Positions 53,930 to 61,056 of a DNA stretch of 61,056 nt are shown one piece after another. The position numbers and the translations under genes were made by a program. Below the pieces are notes generated by a model that had not been told where the DNA came from, searched no databases, and saw only the letters and a list, made by a program, of their open reading frames with translations. Source of the DNA: a bacterium (GTDB lineage: Bacteria > Desulfobacterota > DSWW01); the NCBI GenBank assembly GCA_015486285.1, contig WFRX01000097.1, forward strand, positions 1 through 61,056, in the 5' to 3' direction. Each line of letters opens with the position of its first letter. The first letter of the stretch is position 1.

Positions 53930-54187
53930 ATGACGGCTCCGGAATCGACAGACAACGTGAAAGATCTGATCGAGTACATCGCGAAGGCACTGGTGGACCA
54001 GCCGGAACAGGTCAAGGTCAGCGAGGTGGAGGGAGAGAAGACCTCGGTCATCGAACTCACCGTCGCAAAGGAAGACCTGGGCAAGGTCATCGGAAAGCAG
54101 GGCCGAACGGCCCGCGCGATTCGGACCATCCTGAGCGCCGCGTCCACGAAGATTCGGAAACGGTCCGTCCTGGAGATCATCGAGTAG
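53930..54187 (+). CDS. KH-domain RNA-binding protein (YlqC/UPF0109)
   Basis: [18 protein letters not shown] is the KH GxxG motif. It has the conserved position between rpsP and rimM. Confidence 0.85.
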   Translation: MTAPESTDNVKDLIEYIAKALVDQPEQVKVSEVEGEKTSVIELTVAKEDLGKVIGKQGRTARAIRTILSAASTKIRKRSVLEIIE

Positions 54188-54337
54188 CGCCTTCCCGCCT
54201 TCTCGCATGCAGCCCTCGAGGCCCGCGTCCCGCCGCAACGCGGACACGGCCCGGGGGGGGATCACTCTCATTTTCATTGGAATCGGCAAGTCAATTCCGA
54301 GTCCATCCGTATCCCGGATCCCGGGCCGGGCGGGACC

Positions 54338-54892
54338 ATGCACAGCCGAATGAACGAAAAGGAGGAAATCTCACCGGATAGGCACCTGGCGATCGGCGAG
54401 GTGGCGAAGCCCTGGGGCCTGAAGGGCATGGTGAAGGTGACGAGCTACGCGGAGTCGATCGAAAGCTTCCGGCGCGTCTCCTCGCTCCGCGTCCAGGGTC
54501 GGGACGGCCCCGTCGTGCTTGCCCTCGAAGAAGCCCGGCAGCACAAAAAGGGGGTCCTGCTCAAATTCAAGGGGCGCGACCGTATCGAGGACGTCACGGA
54601 CCTGGTCGGGCTTACCCTGTACATGGACAAGAAGGACCTGCCCACGCTCGAAGAAGGCGAGTACTACTGGCACGAGCTGATCGGCATGGAAGTCCGGACA
54701 GAGGCCGGAACGGAGGTCGGAACCCTGGAGCGGATTCTGGATACGGGAAGCCACGACGTGTATGTCGTCCGGAAGGGGAAACGGGAAACCCTGATCCCCG
54801 CCATTCGGGACGTCATCCGGGAGGTGGACGTGCCCGGCAGGGGGATGGTGATCCACGTGGTCGAGGGGCTCTTGAACGAAGATGATCTTTGA
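54338..54892 (+). CDS. rimM: ribosome maturation factor RimM
   Basis: [15 protein letters not shown] (RimM N-domain), a PRC-barrel C-domain and conserved synteny. Confidence 0.9.
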   Translation: MHSRMNEKEEISPDRHLAIGEVAKPWGLKGMVKVTSYAESIESFRRVSSLRVQGRDGPVVLALEEARQHKKGVLLKFKGRDRIEDVTDLVGLTLYMDKKDLPTLEEGEYYWHELIGMEVRTEAGTEVGTLERILDTGSHDVYVVRKGKRETLIPAIRDVIREVDVPGRGMVIHVVEGLLNEDDL

Positions 54893-55628
54893 AATCCTGA
54901 CCCTTTTCCCGGAGATGTTCGATTCGTACCTGGACACGAGCATCCTGGGACGGGCGATCACTGCGGGCCGTATCCAGGTGCGGCGCCACAACATCCGGGA
55001 TTACGCCGCGGACAAGCACCGCACGACGGACGACACGCCTTACGGCGGCGGCAGCGGGATGGTCATGAAGCCCGAGCCCCTTGTGCGATGCGTCGAGGCG
55101 GTTCAGCGGAAGGAGGCGTCCAGGGCGCGGGTCGTGTTGTTGAGCCCTCAGGGGCGGCTGTTCGACCAGCGGACGGCCGGGGAATTCAGCCGCCTTCCCC
55201 GCCTGATCCTGGTCTGCGGCAAGTATGAAGGGGTGGACGACCGCGTCCGAAGCCTGGGCGTGGACGAAGAGCTTTCCATCGGCGACTACATCCTCACCGG
55301 CGGGGAACTCGCGGCCATGGTCGTCCTGGAGGCGACGGCGCGGCTCCTGCCGGGGGTGCTGGGCAGCGAAGAATCGACGAGGGAGGAGTCTTTTTCCCGG
55401 GGCCTTCTCGAGTATCCCCATTACACGAGGCCCAGGGAATTCATGGGATACGAGGTTCCGGAGGTTCTGCTGTCCGGCAATCACAGCGAAATCGCCGCCT
55501 GGAGACGAAAGCAGGCGATCGAACGGACCCTGGCAAGAAGGCCCGACCTGCTCCGGAGCGCGAACCTGACGGAAGAGGACCGAAAATGTCTCGAGGAACT
55601 CGAGCGGGAAACAGGGCGAAGGGCCTGA
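54882..55628 (+). CDS. trmD: tRNA (guanine37-N1)-methyltransferase TrmD
   Basis: [49 protein letters not shown]. It overlaps the rimM stop by 11 nt. Confidence 0.95.
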   Translation: MIFEILTLFPEMFDSYLDTSILGRAITAGRIQVRRHNIRDYAADKHRTTDDTPYGGGSGMVMKPEPLVRCVEAVQRKEASRARVVLLSPQGRLFDQRTAGEFSRLPRLILVCGKYEGVDDRVRSLGVDEELSIGDYILTGGELAAMVVLEATARLLPGVLGSEESTREESFSRGLLEYPHYTRPREFMGYEVPEVLLSGNHSEIAAWRRKQAIERTLARRPDLLRSANLTEEDRKCLEELERETGRRA

Positions 55629-55634
55629 TTCGCC

Positions 55635-56210
55635 ATGATGCGGCAACCATCGAGCCCTGTGTATGTTGCGCTCATTCATCACCCGGTGTACAACAAGAAC
55701 GGCCGGATCGTGCGCACCTGTCTGACCCCCCTGGACCTGCACGACATCTCCAGGGCCTGCCGGACGTACGGGGTTCGCGCCTTCTATTTTGTGAACCCGA
55801 TGCGGACCCAGAGAGAACTCGGCCGCATGATCTTCGACCACTGGAACACCGGATGGGGAGCCCGGTACAACCCGAACCGAAAAGAGGCGTTTTCCCTGTT
55901 ACGGATCATGCCCGACCTGGAGGCGACCCGAAGGGAAATCGAACAGGAGTGGGGAAAGGCCCCGAAGACCGTAGCAACCAGCGCCCGGATGGCGGACGCG
56001 GACCTCGGCTACCCGGAAATGAGGGCCGCTCTCCAAGAGGGAGAGGATGCCTTTCTGCTCCTCTTCGGCACCGGGTGGGGCCTTCTCGAGGAAGACATCG
56101 AAGCAGCCGACTATCGGCTGTCCCCGATCCGGGGTACAGGAGAATTCAACCACCTGTCGGTACGATCGGCCGTCTCGATCATACTCGACCGGATTTCGGT
56201 TGATCGGTGA
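55635..56210 (+). CDS. predicted SPOUT-type RNA methyltransferase (Methyltrn_RNA_4-like)
   Basis: ~190 aa. [21 protein letters not shown] and FGTGWGL..E are as I recall for the small SPOUT family often found between trmD and rplS. The family assignment is from memory and unverified. Confidence 0.55.
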   Translation: MMRQPSSPVYVALIHHPVYNKNGRIVRTCLTPLDLHDISRACRTYGVRAFYFVNPMRTQRELGRMIFDHWNTGWGARYNPNRKEAFSLLRIMPDLEATRREIEQEWGKAPKTVATSARMADADLGYPEMRAALQEGEDAFLLLFGTGWGLLEEDIEAADYRLSPIRGTGEFNHLSVRSAVSIILDRISVDR

Positions 56211-56289
56211 TTTTTTTCACGTTTTGTGCGAACATGGGGACCCCCGGAAGGGCCGGCGGACCGCGTGGAGAGCAAAAGGAGCTGGAAAA

Positions 56290-56655
56290 ATGAACAACAT
56301 CGAACAGATCGAAAAGGAACAGATGCGCACGGACCTTCCCGAAGTCAGGACGGGCGACACGGTGCGCGTTTACAGCAAGTTTCGCGAGGGCGCCAAGGAA
56401 CGGGTCCAGCCTTACGAGGGCGTGGTCATCCGCGTGAAGAGGGGGCTCGCCAGGGGGACCTTCACGGTCCGGAAGGTCTCTTACGGGATCGGCGTGGAAA
56501 GGATCTTCCCGATCCATTCGCCGAACCTGGTCAAGATCGAGGTCCTCAAGCGGGCCCGCGTCCGGCGATCGAGAATCTACTTCCTCCGCGAGCGCTCCGG
56601 CAAGGCCGCACGGTTGAAAGAAATCCGGGAGTATCAAACCAAGAAGAAATCGTGA
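56290..56655 (+). CDS. rplS: 50S ribosomal protein L19
   Basis: The sequence [38 protein letters not shown]...[20 protein letters not shown] is canonical L19. Confidence 0.95.
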   Translation: MNNIEQIEKEQMRTDLPEVRTGDTVRVYSKFREGAKERVQPYEGVVIRVKRGLARGTFTVRKVSYGIGVERIFPIHSPNLVKIEVLKRARVRRSRIYFLRERSGKAARLKEIREYQTKKKS

Positions 56656-57350
56656 GCCGCACGTCCACGCAACAAGACCTGTGGGAAGCGCCTCCGGACA
56701 TGCTCCACTTCGAGACCGCCCGGCTGGCGAAGGGCTACCGCCACATCGCAGGCCTGGATGAAGCCGGCAGGGGCCCCCTTGCCGGTCCGGTGGTGGCCGC
56801 CGCCGTGATCCTGCCCCCGGGCGAGCGTTACCCCGGCATCAAGGATTCCAAACAGCTCCGGCCCGCGCAAAGGGAGAAGGCGTTCGACCTGATCCGAGAA
56901 AAGGCCCTCGCCTTCTCGATCGCCGAGGTCAGCCACGAGGAAATCGACGCCTTGAACATCCTCGTGGCCAGCCGAAAGGCGATGGAAAGGGCCGTCAGGG
57001 GGCTCGCCCCTGTGCCCGGCTTCCTGCTCATCGACGGCATCGTTCCCCTGGAGACCGAAATCCCCCAGCAATGCATCAAGAAGGGCGACCAGAGGAGCCA
57101 GTCGGTTGCCGCGGCCTCCATCCTGGCCAAGGTGACGCGGGATCGGCTCATGGAGGCCTTTCACCGGCGGTATCCTCAATACAACTTCAAGCAGAACAAG
57201 GGATACGGGACGCGCGAACACATGGAAGCGCTGCGGACACACGGCGCCTGCCCGATCCATCGCAGGACCTTCCGGGGCGTCAAGGAAGTCCTGACAGCGG
57301 AGACGCGCTCCCCTGTCCCCGATCTCCGCCCGCTCGACAGAACCCCTTAA
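56652..57350 (+). CDS. rnhB: ribonuclease HII
   Basis: [39 protein letters not shown]. The GTG at 56652 overlaps the rplS stop (GTGA); an alternative ATG lies at 56700. Confidence 0.9.
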   Translation: MSRTSTQQDLWEAPPDMLHFETARLAKGYRHIAGLDEAGRGPLAGPVVAAAVILPPGERYPGIKDSKQLRPAQREKAFDLIREKALAFSIAEVSHEEIDALNILVASRKAMERAVRGLAPVPGFLLIDGIVPLETEIPQQCIKKGDQRSQSVAAASILAKVTRDRLMEAFHRRYPQYNFKQNKGYGTREHMEALRTHGACPIHRRTFRGVKEVLTAETRSPVPDLRPLDRTP

Positions 57351-57392
57351 AGCGGCTCGCGCCGCAAGGCGAAAGGCGACCCGAAAGGCTGC

Positions 57393-57779
57393 TTGAGCAT
57401 GGCGTTGAAAAAGGCCTCCACTCGCGAAAAGGGGCAGGAGGGGGAACGGCTCGCCGCCCGGTTCCTGGAAGATCAGGGATTCCGCATCCTGGACCGCAAT
57501 TACCGGAACCGCCTGGGAGAGATCGACATCGTGGCCGAAGACAAGGGGGTCATCGTGTTCGTGGAGGTGCGCACCCTGAAGGCATCCGCCGGCCACTCCC
57601 CGGAGGAGACGATCCAGTGGAAGAAGCAGCAGCGCATCTCGCGGACCGCCCAGGCCTACATCCAGTACAAGCGCCTGGAGGACCGGCCGGCGCGCTTCGA
57701 CGTGATCGCCGTCACCTTCGACGGCACCCGCTCCGCCCTGCGGCACATCCCGGACGCCTTCGAGATGTGGGAGGCGTGA
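57393..57779 (+). CDS. yraN: YraN-family (UPF0102) endonuclease-like protein
   Basis: GQEGERLAARFLEDQGFRILDRNYRNRLGEIDIVA..VFVEV matches the YraN signature. Confidence 0.85.
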   Translation: MSMALKKASTREKGQEGERLAARFLEDQGFRILDRNYRNRLGEIDIVAEDKGVIVFVEVRTLKASAGHSPEETIQWKKQQRISRTAQAYIQYKRLEDRPARFDVIAVTFDGTRSALRHIPDAFEMWEA

Positions 57780-57783
57780 GAAG

Positions 57784-58650
57784 ATGACGGAGGGCAAGAA
57801 GCCGGGCACGCTCCACCTGGTCGCCACCCCCATCGGAAACCTCGAAGACTTGAGCTTCCGGGCCTTGAGGATCCTCAAAGAATGCGAACTCATCGCGGCC
57901 GAGGATACCCGTCGGACCCGGAAACTGCTGACCCACTACGGGGTCTCCCGGCCCCTGGTGAGCTATTACGAACACAACGAGGAGCGGCGCATCCCGGCGA
58001 TCCTGGACGCCCTGCGGGGAGGCAAGGACGTGGCCCTCGTCTCCGACGCGGGCAGCCCGGGCGTGAGCGACCCCGGATACCGTCTGGTCCGGGAGGCGGT
58101 CGACCAGGGCGTGCCCGTGACCGCCGTGCCCGGCCCCTCGGCCGTCATCCTGGCCCTGACCGTGTCCGGCCTGCCCACGGACCGCTTCTCCTTTTACGGG
58201 TTCCCGCCCCGCACGGGCCGGGAGCGCAAGAGGCTTCTCGAGGAAGCGGCGCAGGTGCCGCACACGCTGATCTTCTTCGAGTCCCCTCACCGGGTCCTCA
58301 AGTTCCTGCAAGATATGCTCGATCTCCTGGGTGACAGGCGGGCCGCGGTCTGCCGGGAGCTGACCAAGCGGTTCGAGCAGGTCGAACGGGGCCCGCTCTC
58401 CGAGCTGATCGCCAGGGGCGGGGCCCGGGCCCCGAGAGGGGAATACTGCATCGTCGTGGAAGGGGCGGGGCGGAAGCATATCGGACCCGAGGACCGGGAG
58501 GAGAGGCTCGAGAGGGCCGCCCGGGACCTGAAACGCCTTACGGATCAACCGCTGCGGGAGGCCGCCCGCCGGGTGGCCCGGGAACACGGCCTTCCCCGGC
58601 GCGACGTCTACCGGCTGGGGCTGCAACAGAAGCGCGAAGAGGAGAATTGA
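57784..58650 (+). CDS. rsmI: 16S rRNA (cytidine1402-2'-O)-methyltransferase RsmI
   Basis: LHLVATPIGNLEDLSFRAL..AAEDTR.T..LL, SDAG.PGVSDPG, FFESPHR. Confidence 0.9.
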   Translation: MTEGKKPGTLHLVATPIGNLEDLSFRALRILKECELIAAEDTRRTRKLLTHYGVSRPLVSYYEHNEERRIPAILDALRGGKDVALVSDAGSPGVSDPGYRLVREAVDQGVPVTAVPGPSAVILALTVSGLPTDRFSFYGFPPRTGRERKRLLEEAAQVPHTLIFFESPHRVLKFLQDMLDLLGDRRAAVCRELTKRFEQVERGPLSELIARGGARAPRGEYCIVVEGAGRKHIGPEDREERLERAARDLKRLTDQPLREAARRVAREHGLPRRDVYRLGLQQKREEEN

Positions 58651-59583
58651 ATGCCGAGTACGTATCTCGTAACAGGCGCAGCAGGATTCATCGGCTCTCA
58701 CATCACGGAGGCATTGGTCGCACAGGGCGACCGCGTCAAGGTCCTGGACAATTTCGCGACCGGGAAGCGGGAAAACCTCGCCCCCTTTCTCGACAAGATC
58801 GAACTGATCGAAGGGGATCTTCGTAATCCGGAGGACGTGAGGAAGGCGGTCGAGGGTGTGGAGATCATCTTCCACGAAGGGGCCCTCCCCTCGGTGCCCA
58901 AATCGGTGGAAGATCCGATCGGCTCGAACGAAAGCAACATAACCGGCACCCTGAACCTGCTCGTCGCCGCCCGCGATGCGGACGTCAGGCGCGTCGTCTA
59001 TGCGGCCAGCTCATCGGCCTACGGCGACAGCCCCGCCCTGCCCAAAGAAGAGACCATGACGCCCGCGCCCCTGTCCCCCTACGCGACGCAGAAATACGTG
59101 GGGGAGCTCTACTGCAGGAATTTCTACGACCTCTTCGGGCTGGAGACGGTGGCCCTGCGCTACTTCAACGTATTCGGCCCGAGACAGGACCCCGCCTCCC
59201 AGTACGCGGCGGTGATCCCCAAGTTCATCACGGCCCTGGCCGCGGGCAAGCCGCCCACGATCTACGGCGATGGGGAGCAGTCCCGGGACTTCACGTACAT
59301 CGAGAACGTGGTGCGGGCCAACCTGCTCGCCGCCCGGGCCGAAGGCGTGGCCGGCGAGATGATGAACTTTGCCTGCGGGGAGCGCTACACGTTGAACCAG
59401 ATCCTGGAGATGCTCCAGAAGATCATGAAGACCGACATCCAGCCCGTCTTCGCCGACCCGAGGCCCGGCGACGTAAAGCACTCCCTGGCCGACACCCGGA
59501 AGAGCCGGGAACTGCTCGGGTACACGCCCCACGTTTCCCTGGAGGAGGGGCTCAAGCGCACCGTGGCCTTCTTCTGCCCCTGA
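58651..59583 (+). CDS. extended-SDR NAD-dependent sugar epimerase/dehydratase (WbpP/TviC-like)
   Basis: VTGAAGFIGSH, ASSSAYG, YATQKYVGE (YxxxK), RYFNVFGPRQ. Confidence 0.85.
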   Translation: MPSTYLVTGAAGFIGSHITEALVAQGDRVKVLDNFATGKRENLAPFLDKIELIEGDLRNPEDVRKAVEGVEIIFHEGALPSVPKSVEDPIGSNESNITGTLNLLVAARDADVRRVVYAASSSAYGDSPALPKEETMTPAPLSPYATQKYVGELYCRNFYDLFGLETVALRYFNVFGPRQDPASQYAAVIPKFITALAAGKPPTIYGDGEQSRDFTYIENVVRANLLAARAEGVAGEMMNFACGERYTLNQILEMLQKIMKTDIQPVFADPRPGDVKHSLADTRKSRELLGYTPHVSLEEGLKRTVAFFCP

Positions 59584-59704
59584 AGTGCCGGGATAGGAGA
59601 TCTGAAGGGGAAAGGTCCACGCCCATCCTCCCATGAAGCCGGCGAGGAAAGCCAACCTCGCGGAACAGGGGACGCATCCCTTTTTCTCGCCCCGGCGCTG
59701 TTCC

Positions 59705-59877
59705 GGACATTGCCAGGAGCCGCAGGCGACGCGGCAATCGCCCGGCACCCTTGATTCCCTCTCCCTCAGGGAGAGGGCCAGGGTGAGGGTGACGTACCTC
59801 CGCGGTCATTCACTCCCCGGAAACCCTTTGGCTCCCGCTCGGTGCTGGGAGATTGCCACGCCTTCGGCTCGCAATTT
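59705..59877. repeat. cluster of REP-like palindromes
   Basis: GGACATTGCCAGGAGCCGCAGGCGACGCGGCAATCGCCCGG at 59705-59745. CCCTCTCCCTCAGGGAGAGGG palindrome plus CCAGGGTGAGGGTGA at 59757-59791, which reads as the PLPEGEG-type peptide on the reverse strand. GGGAGATTGCCACGCCTTCGGCTCGCAATTTTC at 59846-59877. Confidence 0.7.
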
Positions 59878-59944
59878 TCTCGATTGTGCAGAGGGTCGAA
59901 CGGGATTGAGCAACCCCGCAGCTAAGCATCTTCACAACAAACGC

Positions 59945-59973
59945 TTGAATACTCACCCGAAAGGACTTATCAT
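59945..59973 (+). promoter_or_regulatory. candidate sigma-70 promoter (TTGAAT-17-TATCAT) for ssrA
   Basis: A good hexamer pair 44 nt upstream of the mature tmRNA 5' end, consistent with a processed precursor. Confidence 0.45.
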
Positions 59974-60017
59974 TATAGTACTACGCAACAACGAGTCTCC
60001 CATCCACAAAAATGAAA

Positions 60018-60377
60018 GGGGGCGAAACGGATTCGACGGGGATCGTCGGGGTTACGGCTGCATACCGAGGTCCCACCTTGCTCGTAAAACAGGTGGAAAC
60101 AACATAATCGCCAATGATTATGACTTTGCCATGGCCGCTTAATTGACGGTCATCGTCCTCCCGGCTCATTCTTGCGGGGCCGGATAGGGCGTCGATTAGC
60201 AAGATAGTCTCCACCTCTTCGCCTGCGGGAGGCTGGAGGCGAAATCTTTCGTAGGCTGGCTCCCCGGACGCCCTGCCTGTCGGGCAGCCGGAGAGCGAGA
60301 TCAATCGACAGGCTAAGTATGTAGACGCCGTAGGTCTGGGTTTCCGGACGTGGGTTCGACTCCCACCGCCTCCACCA
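60018..60377 (+). ncRNA. ssrA: tmRNA (SsrA), tag peptide ANDYDFAMAA
   Basis: The 5' end GGGGGCGAAACGGATTCGACGGGG pairs with the 3' end ..GGGTTCGACTCCCACCGCCTCCACCA (tRNA-like domain with T-arm and CCA). The resume codon GCC at 60110 opens GCC AAT GAT TAT GAC TTT GCC ATG GCC GCT TAA (60110-60142). Confidence 0.92.
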
Positions 60378-60393
60378 CTTTGAAAAAACACAA

Positions 60394-60438
60394 CCCGTCT
60401 CTCCGGGGTCATTCTCCGGGACGACGGGCTTTCTGTTT
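60394..60438 (+). terminator. probable rho-independent terminator after ssrA
   Basis: CCCGTC..CCGG-ggtcattct-CCGG..GACGGG, an imperfect stem followed by the T-rich CTTTCTGTTT. Confidence 0.45.
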
Positions 60439-60847
60439 CCCCTTGTTTTCAAAGGGCTTGCGTCCGTTTCACATCTTTCCAGACCCGTTCTCCACCTACC
60501 TGATTTTTACCAGTCTCCAGCCTTTCATTCTCTGTTTGCCCCCAGATTCTCTGTTTTCTCCGGACGAAGTCCGAAGCTCGTCCGGTGGGGCAATCCTTTT
60601 TATATCAAGAAATGAAACATGGTCTGAGAGACTGGTTGTCATCTCGAACGTTCGTCTGTGGGAATGAGCGGGAACTGGCGTTTATCCGGTTTTCCCAGCC
60701 TATGTTTTAGAAAATTACATAATCCTAAAACAAGATAGGCTGTTATTTTAGGCTACGTTGCTTGACTCCCGGTGTATCTTTTGTTGTTTTAATATACGTT
60801 ATTAAGCTAAAATAACGACATAGCTTATTTTAGGATACGGGAAAACG

Positions 60848-61056
60848 ATGAAGCGCAAACTTCAGGGACATTATGTAACCATATCAACGGTGGGTGAGGA
60901 GGCCCACGCCTTTGTTCCCGCCCCGTTGCCCCCGAAACCGCCCATCGAGTGGACGCCGGAGTTGCGCGGCAAATTCGACCAGGCGCTGCTGGCTCTCGGG
61001 CGGTTGGACAGCATTTCCACCTTCCTGACCGATATCTCTCTGTTCCTCTATATGTA
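60848..61056 (+). CDS. Fic-family protein, N-terminal part (3' end outside window)
   Basis: MKRKLQGHYVTISTVGEEAHAFVPAPLPPKPPIEWTPELRGKFDQALLALGRLDSISTFLTDISLFLYM matches the Fic_N domain pattern (AFVP.PLPP.P......L......A...LG.L......LP...LF.YMY). It is preceded by an AT-rich region and is not in the ORF track because no stop is reached. Confidence 0.75.
   Translation, partial: MKRKLQGHYVTISTVGEEAHAFVPAPLPPKPPIEWTPELRGKFDQALLALGRLDSISTFLTDISLFLYM

Noticed and set aside
56211-56289. Possible ribosomal-protein L19 leader upstream of rplS
   Set aside because: The gap is only 79 nt and I cannot recognise a conserved structure by eye. The known L19 leader is, as far as I recall, described in Firmicutes.
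60350-60667. 105-aa plus-strand ORF starting inside the tmRNA 3' end
   Set aside because: It overlaps the tRNA-like domain and the terminator. It has no SD and a low-complexity composition.

Overview
High-GC (~60%+) bacterial chromosomal window that is densely coding and mostly housekeeping. Gene content and the tmRNA tag (ANDYDFAMAA) suggest a deltaproteobacterium-like (Thermodesulfobacteriota/Syntrophia-type) anaerobe; this is inference only. Left to right: an FHA / zinc-ribbon-TPR / cupin group; a CpsB-type tyrosine phosphatase with a Wzc-like BY-kinase; small exported proteins; FlgM; a large OmpA-family protein. Next, on the minus strand, a HAD phosphatase - PAS histidine kinase - sigma-54 response regulator - MinD/FlhG-like ATPase operon, then DJ-1 and an ADP-forming acyl-CoA synthetase-type protein. 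Then a NuoE/NuoF/HoxU-like diaphorase trio with no catalytic partner in view, panE, purL-purQ, and an oversized YejABEF-like ABC importer. After that an RmlD-like reductase, a membrane histidine kinase, a PHP phosphoesterase, a circularly permuted gpmI, a TPR lipoprotein, hsp20-lon and mrcA. The window ends with the full tolQRAB-pal-cpoB cluster, the ffh-rpsP-KH-rimM-trmD-SPOUT-rplS-rnhB-yraN-rsmI block, a sugar epimerase, tmRNA, and an AT-rich segment with a truncated Fic-family gene (possible island edge). Most notable observations: (1) gpmI encodes a clean circular permutation of the canonical cofactor-independent phosphoglycerate mutase; (2) a ~100-bp intergenic hairpin repeat family (4 full copies and 1 half copy) has a conserved ~50-nt core and diverged stems kept complementary by paired substitutions, and two inverted copies bracket the permuted gpmI; (3) an odd polypurine region downstream of a histidine kinase carries a 31-nt duplication of the gene's 3' end and a 20-bp inverted repeat; (4) Lon carries a histone-H1-like Lys-rich tail; (5) REP-like mosaics flank the nuoE-like gene. 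No CRISPR array, tRNA, rRNA or transposase was recognised. All product calls rest on motif recognition by eye, not on database searches. The ORF track uses alternative start codons and longest ORFs, so many starts were trimmed and remain uncertain.
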